From Ruminiclostridium sp. (GTDB lineage Bacteria; Bacillota; Clostridia; Oscillospirales; Ruminococcaceae): DNA of 64,000 bases. The translations under genes were made by a program, and so were the position numbers. Positions 16,121-25,836 of this stretch are shown here, piece after piece (within the stretch, counting starts at the first letter, position 1; every line of letters starts with the position of its first letter). The notes below the pieces were generated by a model. The model ran no database searches. It had not been told where the DNA came from and worked only from the letters and a program-made list of their open reading frames with translations. The DNA is taken from NCBI GenBank assembly GCA_045533495.1, contig JAZSHW010000132.1:1453-65452 (forward strand). Reading direction: 5' to 3'.

Positions 16121-16750
16121 TCAGCCACGCATTATAATATCGTCGTTGCTGTCTTCCTTTTTCTTTATTTTTACTTTTCCCTCTTCCTTGGAAGAAGACT
16201 CTGTCTGTTTCTTTGCATCCTCTGCCGTTCTTTCCTTTGCAAAGGCTTTTATACGGCAGTAAGTAATGTATATAACCAGTCCTGCTACCAATACGTCAAG
16301 AATTAACTGAAGACTGAACCAGGATGTTCCCTGAAGGAGTATGTTATTCTGGCATATATATGTGTAATCCCATAAAGCAAGGAGTGCTAAAATACGAAGC
16401 AGACTGTTTGTTATCATTATGGTATCATAATACTTCTGTGCATTGTCTTCTGTGATGATAAATCTCTTCGGCTCTTTATGTGCTTTAAACATAAACCATA
16501 TAGTGAAGACTACAACACCAAGTGCTACTGCAGGAAAAGCAAAGCCCTGAATCCATACGTTTAATGGAATACCGTTTGGATATATCAGTTCTATTATTCT
16601 TTTAAGTGCAGTATTTGAGGGATATAAAAGATTTGATACAAAAGCGAAGGTCGTCTGATAGATGAGGTATGCCAAAAGCAACCCCATCACATCAACAAAC
16701 CCCTTTAATATACCATAATTTAATCTTACCTTAAATTTACCTATCTTCAA
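16121..16750 (-). CDS. Membrane protein of unknown function embedded in the pyr operon
   Basis: 209 aa, 4-5 TM segments, Lys/Glu-rich C-terminal tail. Lies between carB and pyrK with short gaps. Confidence 0.55.
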   Translation of the reverse strand: MKIGKFKVRLNYGILKGFVDVMGLLLAYLIYQTTFAFVSNLLYPSNTALKRIIELIYPNGIPLNVWIQGFAFPAVALGVVVFTIWFMFKAHKEPKRFIITEDNAQKYYDTIMITNSLLRILALLALWDYTYICQNNILLQGTSWFSLQLILDVLVAGLVIYITYCRIKAFAKERTAEDAKKQTESSSKEEGKVKIKKKEDSNDDIIMRG

Positions 16751-16759
16751 TTCGTCACC

Positions 16760-19700
16760 TTAAATTTTTGTGATGTCGATCATTTCAATATCATCAACTG
16801 TCTTATCCATAGCAATACACTTTACAAGAGCATTTGCTGTATCAACTGAAGTAAGGCAGGCGATAGAACGCTCAACCGACTTACGACGGATCTTAACGCT
16901 GTCACGGGCAGGCTTTCTGCCTGTTTCAGAGGTTGAGATAACGTAGTTTATCTTTCCGCTTTCAAGCAGGCTGATTACGTTAGGTTCCTTATCCTCATTT
17001 ATACGATAGGTGAAGTTTGTGGCTATCATATTTCTGTTGAGCATTGAAGCTGTACCGCTTGTAGCATAAAGCTCAAAGCCAAGCTTTTCAAACTTTTCAG
17101 CAAGAGGAATGATTTCAGGCTTATCACTGTTCTTTACAGAGAACATTACGCCGCCCTCTTTGAACATCTTGAAGCCTGCCGCCATAAGTCCCTTGAATAA
17201 TGCTTCTTCAAAGGTCTTTGCAATACCAAGTGCTTCACCTGTAGACTTCATTTCAGGACCGAGCTGTGTATCCACATCGTGGAGCTTTTCAAAGCTGAAT
17301 ACAGGAACCTTTACAGCCACATAATCGCCTACGGGGTAAAGACCGCTCTGATATCCCTGATCCTTTAAAGTCTGGCCGAACATTATCTTTGTTGCGATAT
17401 CAACCATCTGTACGCCTGTAACCTTACTGATATAAGGAACAGTTCTTGAAGAACGGGGGTTTACTTCGATTACATAAACCTCGTTGTCATATACAACATA
17501 CTGGATATTTACAAGACCGATAACGTTAAGTGACTTTGCAAGTCTTTCTGTATAAGTGATGATAGTATCCTTGATCTTATCGGAAAGTGTCTGTGCAGGG
17601 TATACTGAAATACTGTCGCCTGAGTGAACGCCTGCACGCTCAATGTGTTCCATAATACCCGGGATGAGGAAGTCTGTACCGTCACAGATAGCATCAACCT
17701 CAACCTCTGTACCCATAAGGTACTTATCTATAAGAACGGGGTTTTCAAGCTCTGTTGCAGTGATGATAGTCATATATTCATCAACATCGCTGTCGCAGTG
17801 TGCAATGATCATATTCTGACCGCCAAGTACGTAGGAAGGACGGAGCAGAACAGGATAGCCAAGCTCGTTTGCAACCCTGAGTGCTTCTTCAGTTGTGAAT
17901 ACTGTGTGACCTGCAGGTCTGGGTATTCCGCACTTTTCAAGAAGCTCGTCAAACTTTTCTCTGTCCTCTGCATCGTCAATGCTCTGTGCAGAAGTACCTA
18001 AGATTCTTACTCCTGTCTCCTGAAGGTGCTTTGTCAGCTTAATAGCTGTCTGACCGCCGAACTGAACAACAACGCCGTAGGGCTGTTCTGTTGCAATGAG
18101 GGAGTCAACATCTTCAAAGGTTAAAGGATCGAAATAAAGTCTGTCGCCTGTATCAAAGTCTGTAGAAACTGTTTCAGGATTATTGTTGCAGATGATTGCT
18201 TCGTAACCAAGCTCCTTAAGTGCCCATACACAGTGAACTGAGCAGTAGTCGAATTCGATACCCTGACCGATACGGATAGGACCTGAACCGAATACTATTA
18301 CCTTCTTCTTGTCTGTGGGGTGCTGCTTGATAAACTCAGCCGCTTCATTTTCATCATCATAGGTGCTGTAGAAGTAGGGAGTTTCTGCCGCAAATTCTGC
18401 CGCACAGGTATCAACCATCTTATAAACGGCATGGCGGGTCTTTATACCCTTATCAGAAAGACTCTGACCTGAAAGCTTTTCAATGGACTTATCAAGATAG
18501 CAGTACTTCTTTGCAAGGTCGTACTTTTCCTGAGTAAGCTCGCCATCTGCAAGCCACTTTTCAAGTTCAACAAGGTTAAGAAGCTTTGATATAAACCACT
18601 TGTCGATCTGTGTGATTGCATTTATTTCATCAACGCTGACGCCTCTCTTAAGAGCTTCGAAAATGCAGAAGCATCTGTCAACGTCAACATTGTGAAGGTT
18701 TGCTCTTATTTCTTCATCAGAAAGCTCTGCAAAAGCCTTTTTAGAGAGTGTGTCCATACCAAGCTCGATTGAACGTACAGCCTTCATCATAGCCGCTTCA
18801 AAGCTGGGAGCAATGGACATGATCTCACCTGTCGCCTTCATCTGTGTACCAAGGGTCTTCTTTGCATAAACGAACTTATCAAAGGGCCACTTGGGGAACT
18901 TTACTACAATGTAGTCGATGGAAGGCTCAAAGCAAGCGTAGGTCTTGCCTGTTACCTGATTTAAGATTTCATCAAGGCAGTAGCCGATAGCAATCTTTGC
19001 CGCTACCTTAGCGATAGGATAACCTGTAGCCTTTGATGCAAGTGCAGAAGAACGGGAAACTCTGGGGTTTACTTCAATTACTGCATATTCAAAGCTGTCG
19101 GGCTTTAATGCAAACTGACAGTTACAGCCACCCTCAACCTCAAGTGCCTGAACGATATTCAGTGCAGCTGTACGGAGCATCTGATATTCCTTATCTGTAA
19201 GAGATACCGCAGGAGCAACTACTATACTGTCACCTGTGTGTACGCCGACAGGATCGAAGTTTTCCATTGAGCATACCGTGATTGCATTTCCCTTAGCGTC
19301 ACGGATAACCTCAAATTCGATTTCTTTCCAACCTGAGATACACTTTTCAACAAGTATCTGTGTGATAGGAGATAAACGAAGACCGTTTGTAGCAATTTCG
19401 TGAAGTTCCTTTTCATCGTATGCGATACCGCCGCCTGTACCACCAAGGGTAAAAGCAGGTCTTACGATTACGGGATAGTCGATAACCTTTGCAAAGTCCA
19501 TTGCATCTTCAACAGTTTCAACAACCTTTGAGGGAATGCAAGGCTCGCCGATTTCTTCCATTGTATCCTTGAACGCCTGTCTGTCCTCTGCCTTGTGGAT
19601 AGTGTCAGGGTTAGAACCCAGCAGCTTTACATTGTTTTCTGCAAGGAAGCCCTCTTCTGCAAGCTGCATTGAAAGGGTAAGACCTGTCTGACCGCCAAGG

Positions 19701-19966
19701 TTTGACAGAATACTGTCGGGCTTTTCAATCTTTATAATCTTCTTGATTACATCAAGTGTTAAAGGCTCGATATAAATTTTATCAGCCATGTGCTTGTCCG
19801 TCATAATTGTAGCAGGGTTTGAGTTTACAAGGACAACCTCAAGTCCTTCCTGCTTTAATGCACGGCAAGCCTGTGTGCCTGCATAGTCAAACTCTGCAGC
19901 CTGACCGATTACGATAGGTCCTGAACCGATTACGAGAACCTTTTTGATATCACTTCTTAATGGCAT
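16760..19966 (-). CDS. carB: Carbamoyl-phosphate synthase large subunit
   Basis: 1068 aa with duplicated ATP-grasp halves and full-length family resemblance. Confidence 0.97.
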   Translation of the reverse strand: MPLRSDIKKVLVIGSGPIVIGQAAEFDYAGTQACRALKQEGLEVVLVNSNPATIMTDKHMADKIYIEPLTLDVIKKIIKIEKPDSILSNLGGQTGLTLSMQLAEEGFLAENNVKLLGSNPDTIHKAEDRQAFKDTMEEIGEPCIPSKVVETVEDAMDFAKVIDYPVIVRPAFTLGGTGGGIAYDEKELHEIATNGLRLSPITQILVEKCISGWKEIEFEVIRDAKGNAITVCSMENFDPVGVHTGDSIVVAPAVSLTDKEYQMLRTAALNIVQALEVEGGCNCQFALKPDSFEYAVIEVNPRVSRSSALASKATGYPIAKVAAKIAIGYCLDEILNQVTGKTYACFEPSIDYIVVKFPKWPFDKFVYAKKTLGTQMKATGEIMSIAPSFEAAMMKAVRSIELGMDTLSKKAFAELSDEEIRANLHNVDVDRCFCIFEALKRGVSVDEINAITQIDKWFISKLLNLVELEKWLADGELTQEKYDLAKKYCYLDKSIEKLSGQSLSDKGIKTRHAVYKMVDTCAAEFAAETPYFYSTYDDENEAAEFIKQHPTDKKKVIVFGSGPIRIGQGIEFDYCSVHCVWALKELGYEAIICNNNPETVSTDFDTGDRLYFDPLTFEDVDSLIATEQPYGVVVQFGGQTAIKLTKHLQETGVRILGTSAQSIDDAEDREKFDELLEKCGIPRPAGHTVFTTEEALRVANELGYPVLLRPSYVLGGQNMIIAHCDSDVDEYMTIITATELENPVLIDKYLMGTEVEVDAICDGTDFLIPGIMEHIERAGVHSGDSISVYPAQTLSDKIKDTIITYTERLAKSLNVIGLVNIQYVVYDNEVYVIEVNPRSSRTVPYISKVTGVQMVDIATKIMFGQTLKDQGYQSGLYPVGDYVAVKVPVFSFEKLHDVDTQLGPEMKSTGEALGIAKTFEEALFKGLMAAGFKMFKEGGVMFSVKNSDKPEIIPLAEKFEKLGFELYATSGTASMLNRNMIATNFTYRINEDKEPNVISLLESGKINYVISTSETGRKPARDSVKIRRKSVERSIACLTSVDTANALVKCIAMDKTVDDIEMIDITKI

Positions 19967-19967
19967 A

Positions 19968-21074
19968 TTACTTATTTCCCTCCATCAGACCGATAAATTT
20001 ATCATAAAGATAAGATGTTGTACTCTTCTGTTCTCCTGTTTCAGGATGGAACTGTACCGAGAATGCGGGAGTATTCTTATACTCGATACCCTCGCAGGTC
20101 TTATCGTTGGCATTTATGTGGCTTATTTCAGCCTTTGCAGTATCAACGCTGTCGTTTACTACCGCATAGCCGTGATTTTGTGAAGTTACATAAGTTGTAC
20201 CGAAATTCTTGTCTGTAACAGGCTGGCTTGCACCTCTGTGTCCGTATGTCAGCTTTTCTGTATCAAAGCCGTTTGCTAAAGCTAAAAGCTGATGTCCAAG
20301 TCTGATTGCAAAGGTGGGGATATTTTCTGCGATGAGTTCCTTTAATGTGTTTATAGCAACCTCGTTATCCTTAGGATCTCCGGGGCCGTTTGAAAGAACG
20401 ATACCATCGGGAGCAAATTCCTTTATCTCTGCCGCTGATACATTGTAAGGGAATACTGTAACATCACAGCCTCTCCTTGTAAGAGAATTTACTATATTCT
20501 TTGTAAAGCCGTAATCAATAAGTGCAACCTTGTACTTGCCGTTTTCAGCCGCAAAGGTCTTCTTTTCGCCGCTTACCTTTTCTACTGCATTTACTACTTT
20601 GTATTCCTTGATTTCGGGCATTGCCTTTGCAAGAAATTCCTCAGTAGGCTCTTCGGTTGTGATCATACCGTTCATAACGCCCTTTTCACGAAGAATTCTT
20701 GTAAGTCTTCTTGTATCTATATCGAAAAGACCGATAATGCCGTGCTTTTTAAGAAAGCTGTCGATATCTCCTTCACAGCGGAAATTTGAAGGTGCTTCGC
20801 AATATTCACGAACAATATATCCGCTTATTGCTATCTTTTCTGAGGAATAATCCTCGTCGTTCACACCGTAGTTACCGATAAGAGGGAAGGTCTGAACCAT
20901 AAGCTGTCCGCAGTAGGAAGGATCTGTTATTGCCTCCTGATAACCAACCATAGATGTGCTGAACACAACCTCGCCGATTACCTTGCCTTCACTACCGAAG
21001 CTCTTTCCCTTGAAAACTGTGCCATCCGCTAAAATGAGATATGCGGTCTTTGCTTTAATCAGGTTTAAAGTCAT
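19968..21074 (-). CDS. carA: Carbamoyl-phosphate synthase small (glutaminase) subunit
   Basis: 368 aa. GATase1 domain with a GHQ segment (RLGHQLLA) and C-terminal QFHPE; the usual catalytic Cys in the GICLGHQ nucleophile-elbow motif was not located in this translation. Confidence 0.95.
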   Translation of the reverse strand: MTLNLIKAKTAYLILADGTVFKGKSFGSEGKVIGEVVFSTSMVGYQEAITDPSYCGQLMVQTFPLIGNYGVNDEDYSSEKIAISGYIVREYCEAPSNFRCEGDIDSFLKKHGIIGLFDIDTRRLTRILREKGVMNGMITTEEPTEEFLAKAMPEIKEYKVVNAVEKVSGEKKTFAAENGKYKVALIDYGFTKNIVNSLTRRGCDVTVFPYNVSAAEIKEFAPDGIVLSNGPGDPKDNEVAINTLKELIAENIPTFAIRLGHQLLALANGFDTEKLTYGHRGASQPVTDKNFGTTYVTSQNHGYAVVNDSVDTAKAEISHINANDKTCEGIEYKNTPAFSVQFHPETGEQKSTTSYLYDKFIGLMEGNK

Positions 21075-21117
21075 TTAAGTTTGTTCCTTTCGAATAAAAT
21101 ATATAGAAAAGCTTTTA

Positions 21118-22050
21118 TCAGGAGAGTTTGATTTCTCCTACAAAGCCCATAATTTCATCTCTCATACGCATTGCTTCTCTGAATGCCGCACCTGCGTAAT
21201 CATGCTCGTCACAGCCTTCCTTCTTATATGCACACATAATTCCTCTTGAGCTGTTTACGATACCGCCAAGACCGTTCTTATCAAATGCTGTCGCAATATC
21301 CTTTGCAGAAGCACCCTGGGCACCGTAACCGGGGATGAGGAAGAAGGTGTGAGGAAGCTTTTCACGAAGCTCTGCGATCTGTTCGGGGTATGTCGCACCT
21401 ACTACAGCACCCACACCTGAATAGCCGTACTTGCCCATAAGCTCCTGACCCCACTTTTCGCACATATTACCCATGTGTTCATATACTGTGATGTCGCCTA
21501 TCTTAAGATCCTGAAGCTCACCGCTTGAAGGATTTGATGTCTTTACTAAAACAAAGATACCCTTGTCGTTTTCCTTACATACCTTAAGTAAGGGGTTGAT
21601 ACCGTCACTGCCGAGGTAGCCGTTTACTGTAAGAGCATCGCCCATGAAAGGAGTGTATTCTTCCTTGCCTACCTTGATCTTGCCTAAGTGAGCAGCCGCA
21701 TAAGCTTCCATTGTTGTACCGATATCGTTTCTCTTACCGTCGGTAATTACATACATACCTCTGTTTCTTGCATATTCCTGTGTCTTGTACAGAGTTTTCA
21801 TACCTGCTGTACCGTACATTTCGTAATAAGCCGCCTGAGGCTTTACCGCAGGAACGATCTCGTGCAGAGCGTCAATAAGTCCCTTATTGTATTCTAAAAT
21901 CGCCTTTGCCGCACCCTTAAGAGTTTCGCCGTACTTGTTGAACGCCTTCTCCTTAATGTATTCGGGCACGAAGTCAAGCTTAGGGTCAAGACCTGCAACC
22001 GTAGGGTTCTGTGTACGCTCAATAGCCTCCATAAGTAAATCAAGTGACAT
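21118..22050 (-). CDS. pyrF: Orotidine 5'-phosphate decarboxylase (long, type 2)
   Basis: 310 aa, OMPdecase family (VAGLDP, DGKRNDIG). Confidence 0.9.
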   Translation of the reverse strand: MSLDLLMEAIERTQNPTVAGLDPKLDFVPEYIKEKAFNKYGETLKGAAKAILEYNKGLIDALHEIVPAVKPQAAYYEMYGTAGMKTLYKTQEYARNRGMYVITDGKRNDIGTTMEAYAAAHLGKIKVGKEEYTPFMGDALTVNGYLGSDGINPLLKVCKENDKGIFVLVKTSNPSSGELQDLKIGDITVYEHMGNMCEKWGQELMGKYGYSGVGAVVGATYPEQIAELREKLPHTFFLIPGYGAQGASAKDIATAFDKNGLGGIVNSSRGIMCAYKKEGCDEHDYAGAAFREAMRMRDEIMGFVGEIKLS

Positions 22051-22085
22051 AAATTTTACCTTTCCTTTCTTTTTTTGTTTTATAT

Positions 22086-23357
22086 TTAATTATCTTTATA
22101 TACAACCTGTCCATTAACTAAAGTGTATTTCACTCTGCCTTTAAGCTTCATACCCTTAAAGCAGGTATTCTTTGATTTTGAGCGGAGCTTTTCAGGTTCA
22201 ACCACCCAGGCTTCGTCAGGATCGAATATTGCGATATCCGCAACATCGCCTACACCTAATGAGCCACCCTCTATACCGAGAATTCTTCTCGGATTTATAC
22301 ACATAAGTCTTACTATCTGTGCAAGATCAATCGTATCTGTATGATAAAGCTCTGTAAGTGTCGCCGCAAGGGAGGTTTCCATTCCGACTACGCCGTTGGG
22401 TGCCTTTTCAAAATCAGCCTTTTCTTCTGCTGTGTGGGGAGCGTGATCTGTTACGATACAGTCTATCGTACCGTCTGTTATTGCGGCTCTTACCGCCATA
22501 ACATCGTCATCCTCACGAAGAGGAGGGTTCATTCTGTAATCAGCGTCACGGGAAAGCAGTGCCTTATCGGTGAGCATAAAGTAGTGAGGTGCTGTTTCGC
22601 AGGTGCACATTACACCGATGTGGGTATTACCTCTGATTATGTTGATACTGCCCTTTGTGCTTACATGGGCAATGTGGATAGGCATCTGGCTTGCCTGAGC
22701 AATTGCAAGCTCTCTTGCTGTAATGGTGTCCTCACTGAGTCGGCTCATTCCCTTTACGCCGAGTTCTCTTGATACCTTGCCCTTGTTTATGATACCGCCG
22801 TCTATAACATCAAGATCTTCACAGTGGGAGATTACCTTAAGTCCCGCATAATGAGCCTTAACCATAGCCTGAGCCATCATAGTGGTAGATTTTACAGGTC
22901 GTCCGTCATCGGATACCGCTACACAGCCCGCCTTACGCAGTGCTTCGTAATCGCACAGCTCCTTGCCCTCAAGACCTTTTGTTATACAGCCTACGGGATA
23001 AACCTTAGCCTTGGCATGTTTTGCTTTTTCTAAAATGTAGGAGATGACTTCGGGACAGTCTGCCGCAGGAGTGGTGTTGGGCATACAGGCAACCGCAGTG
23101 ATACCACCTGCTACCGCCGCTTCGCAACCTGTAAGGATATCTTCCTTATGAGTCTGACCGGGGTCTCTGAGATGCACGTGCATATCGCAAAGTCCGGGGA
23201 ACACTGTAAGTCCTTCGCAGTCGATGACTTCTGCTCCTTCACAGCTTAAGTTTGCACCAAGCTCAGAAATATAGCCGTCCTTTACAAGTATGTCCGTTTT
23301 ACCCTGAAATCTATTCATTGGGTCTACGACAAAACCGTTTTTCAATAAAATTGCCAT
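22086..23357 (-). CDS. pyrC: Dihydroorotase
   Basis: 423 aa amidohydrolase with metal ligands (DMHVHLRDPG ... TDHAPH). Confidence 0.93.
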   Translation of the reverse strand: MAILLKNGFVVDPMNRFQGKTDILVKDGYISELGANLSCEGAEVIDCEGLTVFPGLCDMHVHLRDPGQTHKEDILTGCEAAVAGGITAVACMPNTTPAADCPEVISYILEKAKHAKAKVYPVGCITKGLEGKELCDYEALRKAGCVAVSDDGRPVKSTTMMAQAMVKAHYAGLKVISHCEDLDVIDGGIINKGKVSRELGVKGMSRLSEDTITARELAIAQASQMPIHIAHVSTKGSINIIRGNTHIGVMCTCETAPHYFMLTDKALLSRDADYRMNPPLREDDDVMAVRAAITDGTIDCIVTDHAPHTAEEKADFEKAPNGVVGMETSLAATLTELYHTDTIDLAQIVRLMCINPRRILGIEGGSLGVGDVADIAIFDPDEAWVVEPEKLRSKSKNTCFKGMKLKGRVKYTLVNGQVVYKDN

Positions 23358-23383
23358 TTTACACCTCCAACTTATATTACTGC

Positions 23384-23427
23384 AAAAAAAACCACGATTT
23401 TCTCATTTGACAAGGAAAAAATCATGG
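23384..23427 (-). promoter_or_regulatory. Terminator-type attenuator in the pyr operon leader
   Basis: Minus-strand RNA forms ccaugauuuu / aaaaucgugg (one U-G wobble that would be a C-A mismatch on the other strand) followed by U8, located 25 nt before the pyrC RBS. Confidence 0.6.
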
Positions 23428-23523
23428 TAAATGGGGATTTTTAAAATTCAAGGAAAACAGAATTTGTATTCCTTATTTTTACAAATCCTCCGTGTTTATT
23501 CAGCGTATTTCCATAGTCATTTT

Positions 23524-23552
23524 ATTATACAATATTTTTTTCAATTTGTCTA
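23524..23552 (-). promoter_or_regulatory. Candidate sigma-A promoter of the pyr operon
   Basis: Minus strand reads TAGACA, 17-nt spacer, TATAAT. Confidence 0.45.
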
Positions 23553-23616
23553 TAAAAAACACAAAAAAAGTTACTTATTTTTTTCACAAAAATGAGTCAA
23601 AAAAACAGCAGATTTT

Positions 23617-23868
23617 TTATCCCTTAGTTTTTACCACAAAAATATCTTTTACATCATCACATCTGATGGCAATCACAGCACCTCTTATAAGATATGCGGA
23701 GATATCTCCCTTGTAGGATTTTAAAAGACAGGTTACCTTTGTATCAGTAATAAGTCCCATATCCATAAAGCGTCTTCTCATTTCTCCCTTTGTATATATT
23801 GCCGTCACTCTGCCCGACTCTCCCGCTTCAAGCTTACAAAGAGTGCAGACGGTTACATTTCCATCCAT
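23617..23868 (-). CDS. feoA: FeoA-domain protein
   Basis: 83 aa SH3-like FeoA pattern (GESGRVTAI...RRRFMDMGLITDTKV...GAVIAIR). Confidence 0.8.
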   Translation of the reverse strand: MDGNVTVCTLCKLEAGESGRVTAIYTKGEMRRRFMDMGLITDTKVTCLLKSYKGDISAYLIRGAVIAIRCDDVKDIFVVKTKG

Positions 23869-23928
23869 TATAAAGCACCTTCCGATTTAAAGTTTCTCTA
23901 TAATTTATGAAAATTCCCCGTATCCGTG

Positions 23929-23955
23929 AAAAAAGCCACCGCAAAAGCGGTGGCT
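23929..23955 (-). terminator. Intrinsic terminator after the transketolase genes
   Basis: Minus-strand stem agccaccgc / gcggtggct followed by T6. Confidence 0.7.
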
Positions 23956-23960
23956 AAAAA

Positions 23961-24905
23961 TTATTTACCTAAAAACTGCTCTGTAACAGCAACAATATTA
24001 GATGCACAAAGACCAAATTCCTTAAGAAGATCAACTGCAGGGCCTGAATGACCAAATGTATCATTAACACCAATCTTCTTAACGGGAACGGGACAAAGCT
24101 CGCTTACAACATCGCAGACAGCACTGCCAAGACCACCGATAACACTGTGTTCTTCAACAGTAACAATCTTGCCTGTTTCCTTTGCGGCCTTTAAGATAAT
24201 ATCCCTGTCAATGGGCTTGATTGTGTGGATATTGATAACACGGGCATTTATACCCTTTTCACGGAGTTCATCTGATGCCTGCATAGCTTCTGCTACCATA
24301 AGACCTGTAGCGATAATTGTAACATCATCACCGTCACGAAGCTGGATACCCTTACCAAGCTCAAACTTATAGGTATCCTTATCATTGAATACGGGAGCGG
24401 CAAGTCTGCCGAATCTCATATAGGTAGGACCTTCAAAATCAGCCATAGCAAGTACTGCCGCCTTTGCTTCAACGTCGTCAGCGGGGTTGATAACTGTCAT
24501 ACCGGGGATTGTGCACATAAGGGCAATATCCTCATTGCACTGGTGTGTAGCACCATCTTCACCTACAGAGATGCCTGCATGAGTCGCACCTATCTTTACA
24601 TTGAGGTGGGGATAGCCGATGCTGTTTCTGATTATTTCATAAGCTCTGCCTGCGGCAAACATAGCAAAGGTACTTGCAAATACAAGCTTGCCTGTTGTTG
24701 CGATACCTGCGGCAACGCCCATCATATTAGCTTCTGCAATACCGCAATCGAAAAAGCGGTCAGGATAAGCCTTCTTGAAAGTGCCTGTCTTTGTTGCTGC
24801 CGCTAAGTCAGCGTCAAGCACTACTAAATCTTCTCTCTTCTGAGCAAGCTCTACAAGAGCTTCGCCATAGCTTTCACGGGTTGCTTTCTTTTCCATTCGT
24901 TCCAT
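23961..24905 (-). CDS. Transketolase, C-terminal (pyrimidine-binding) subunit
   Basis: 314 aa matching the split-transketolase C-terminal half. Confidence 0.92.
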   Translation of the reverse strand: MERMEKKATRESYGEALVELAQKREDLVVLDADLAAATKTGTFKKAYPDRFFDCGIAEANMMGVAAGIATTGKLVFASTFAMFAAGRAYEIIRNSIGYPHLNVKIGATHAGISVGEDGATHQCNEDIALMCTIPGMTVINPADDVEAKAAVLAMADFEGPTYMRFGRLAAPVFNDKDTYKFELGKGIQLRDGDDVTIIATGLMVAEAMQASDELREKGINARVINIHTIKPIDRDIILKAAKETGKIVTVEEHSVIGGLGSAVCDVVSELCPVPVKKIGVNDTFGHSGPAVDLLKEFGLCASNIVAVTEQFLGK

Positions 24906-24914
24906 TCCTTTCGA

Positions 24915-25757
24915 TTACTTTTCGAGTTCTTCGAGGTGAGCCTTAAGCTCTTCCATAGCCTTGTTGTACTGCTCTTCATTAGGAGCTGCACCATGCCATG
25001 ATACGTTATCCTCCATAAAGGAAACGCCCTTGCCCTTGATACTCTTCTGAATGATAACAACAGGCTGGTTTACAACTCTTTCAGCCTCTTCAAACGCCTT
25101 TTCGATCTGGTTGAAATCGTGTGCGTCAATTGTAATTACATACCAGCCAAAAGCTCTGAACTTTTCATCTATAGGATAGGGTGACATAACTTCGCTTACT
25201 CTGCCGTCAATCTGAAGGCCGTTGTTGTCAACGATTGCGATAAGATTATCAAGCTGATAATGAGCCGCAAACATAGCAGCCTCCCATACCTGACCTTCCT
25301 GAATTTCGCCGTCGCCAAGTACAGCGTATACCTTGTAGTAATCGTCTGAGATCTTACCTGACAGAGCCATACCGCAAGCGGCAGAAATGCCCTGACCAAG
25401 AGAACCTGTACTCATATCAACACCGGGAATCTTCTTATAAACAGGGTGTCCCTGAAGTCTTGAGCCTATATGACGGAGTGTTTTAAGCTCGTCGGGTGAG
25501 AAAAATCCACGCTGGGCAAGTACAGAGTAAAGTGCAGGAGCTGTGTGGCCCTTTGAAAGCACTAATCTGTCTCTTTCAGCCATAAGAGGATTTTCGGGGT
25601 CTACATTCATCTTTGCGAAATAAAGATAAGTCAGCATATCAGCCACTGAAAGTGAGCCGCCGGGATGTCCGGATTTAGCGTTGTAAACGCCTTCGATAAT
25701 TCCCATTCTGACCTTAGTCGCAGTTATTTCCATCTGCTTTTTTAATGTTGCATCCAT
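24915..25757 (-). CDS. Transketolase, N-terminal (TPP-binding) subunit
   Basis: 280 aa with SGHPGGSLS and the GDG..EG TPP motif. Confidence 0.92.
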   Translation of the reverse strand: MDATLKKQMEITATKVRMGIIEGVYNAKSGHPGGSLSVADMLTYLYFAKMNVDPENPLMAERDRLVLSKGHTAPALYSVLAQRGFFSPDELKTLRHIGSRLQGHPVYKKIPGVDMSTGSLGQGISAACGMALSGKISDDYYKVYAVLGDGEIQEGQVWEAAMFAAHYQLDNLIAIVDNNGLQIDGRVSEVMSPYPIDEKFRAFGWYVITIDAHDFNQIEKAFEEAERVVNQPVVIIQKSIKGKGVSFMEDNVSWHGAAPNEEQYNKAMEELKAHLEELEK

Positions 25758-25836
25758 TTTTAAAATATCCTTTCTGTGATATTTCTGTTAAATTCGCCTT
25801 TAATATTATATTACATTAACGCCGATAAGTCAAGAG

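Noticed and set aside
17624-18001. Antisense ORFs within carB (also 17109-17324, 19222-19446) and similar ones within mutS, mutL, pyrC, radA and spoIIE
   Set aside because: They are fully contained in strongly supported conserved genes on the other strand or frame, with low-complexity or Cys/Ser-rich translations and no start context.
23428-23523. PyrR-binding anti-antiterminator loop in the pyr leader
   Set aside because: I looked for the ARUCCAGAGAGGYU-type motif on the minus strand and found only a weak resemblance (acacggaggauuu). That is not enough to call.
23492-23716. 74-aa plus-strand ORF spanning the pyr promoter region and the feoA 3' end
   Set aside because: It is AT-rich and low-complexity (Ile/Phe/Asn/Lys), antisense to feoA and to the pyr leader, and has no RBS.
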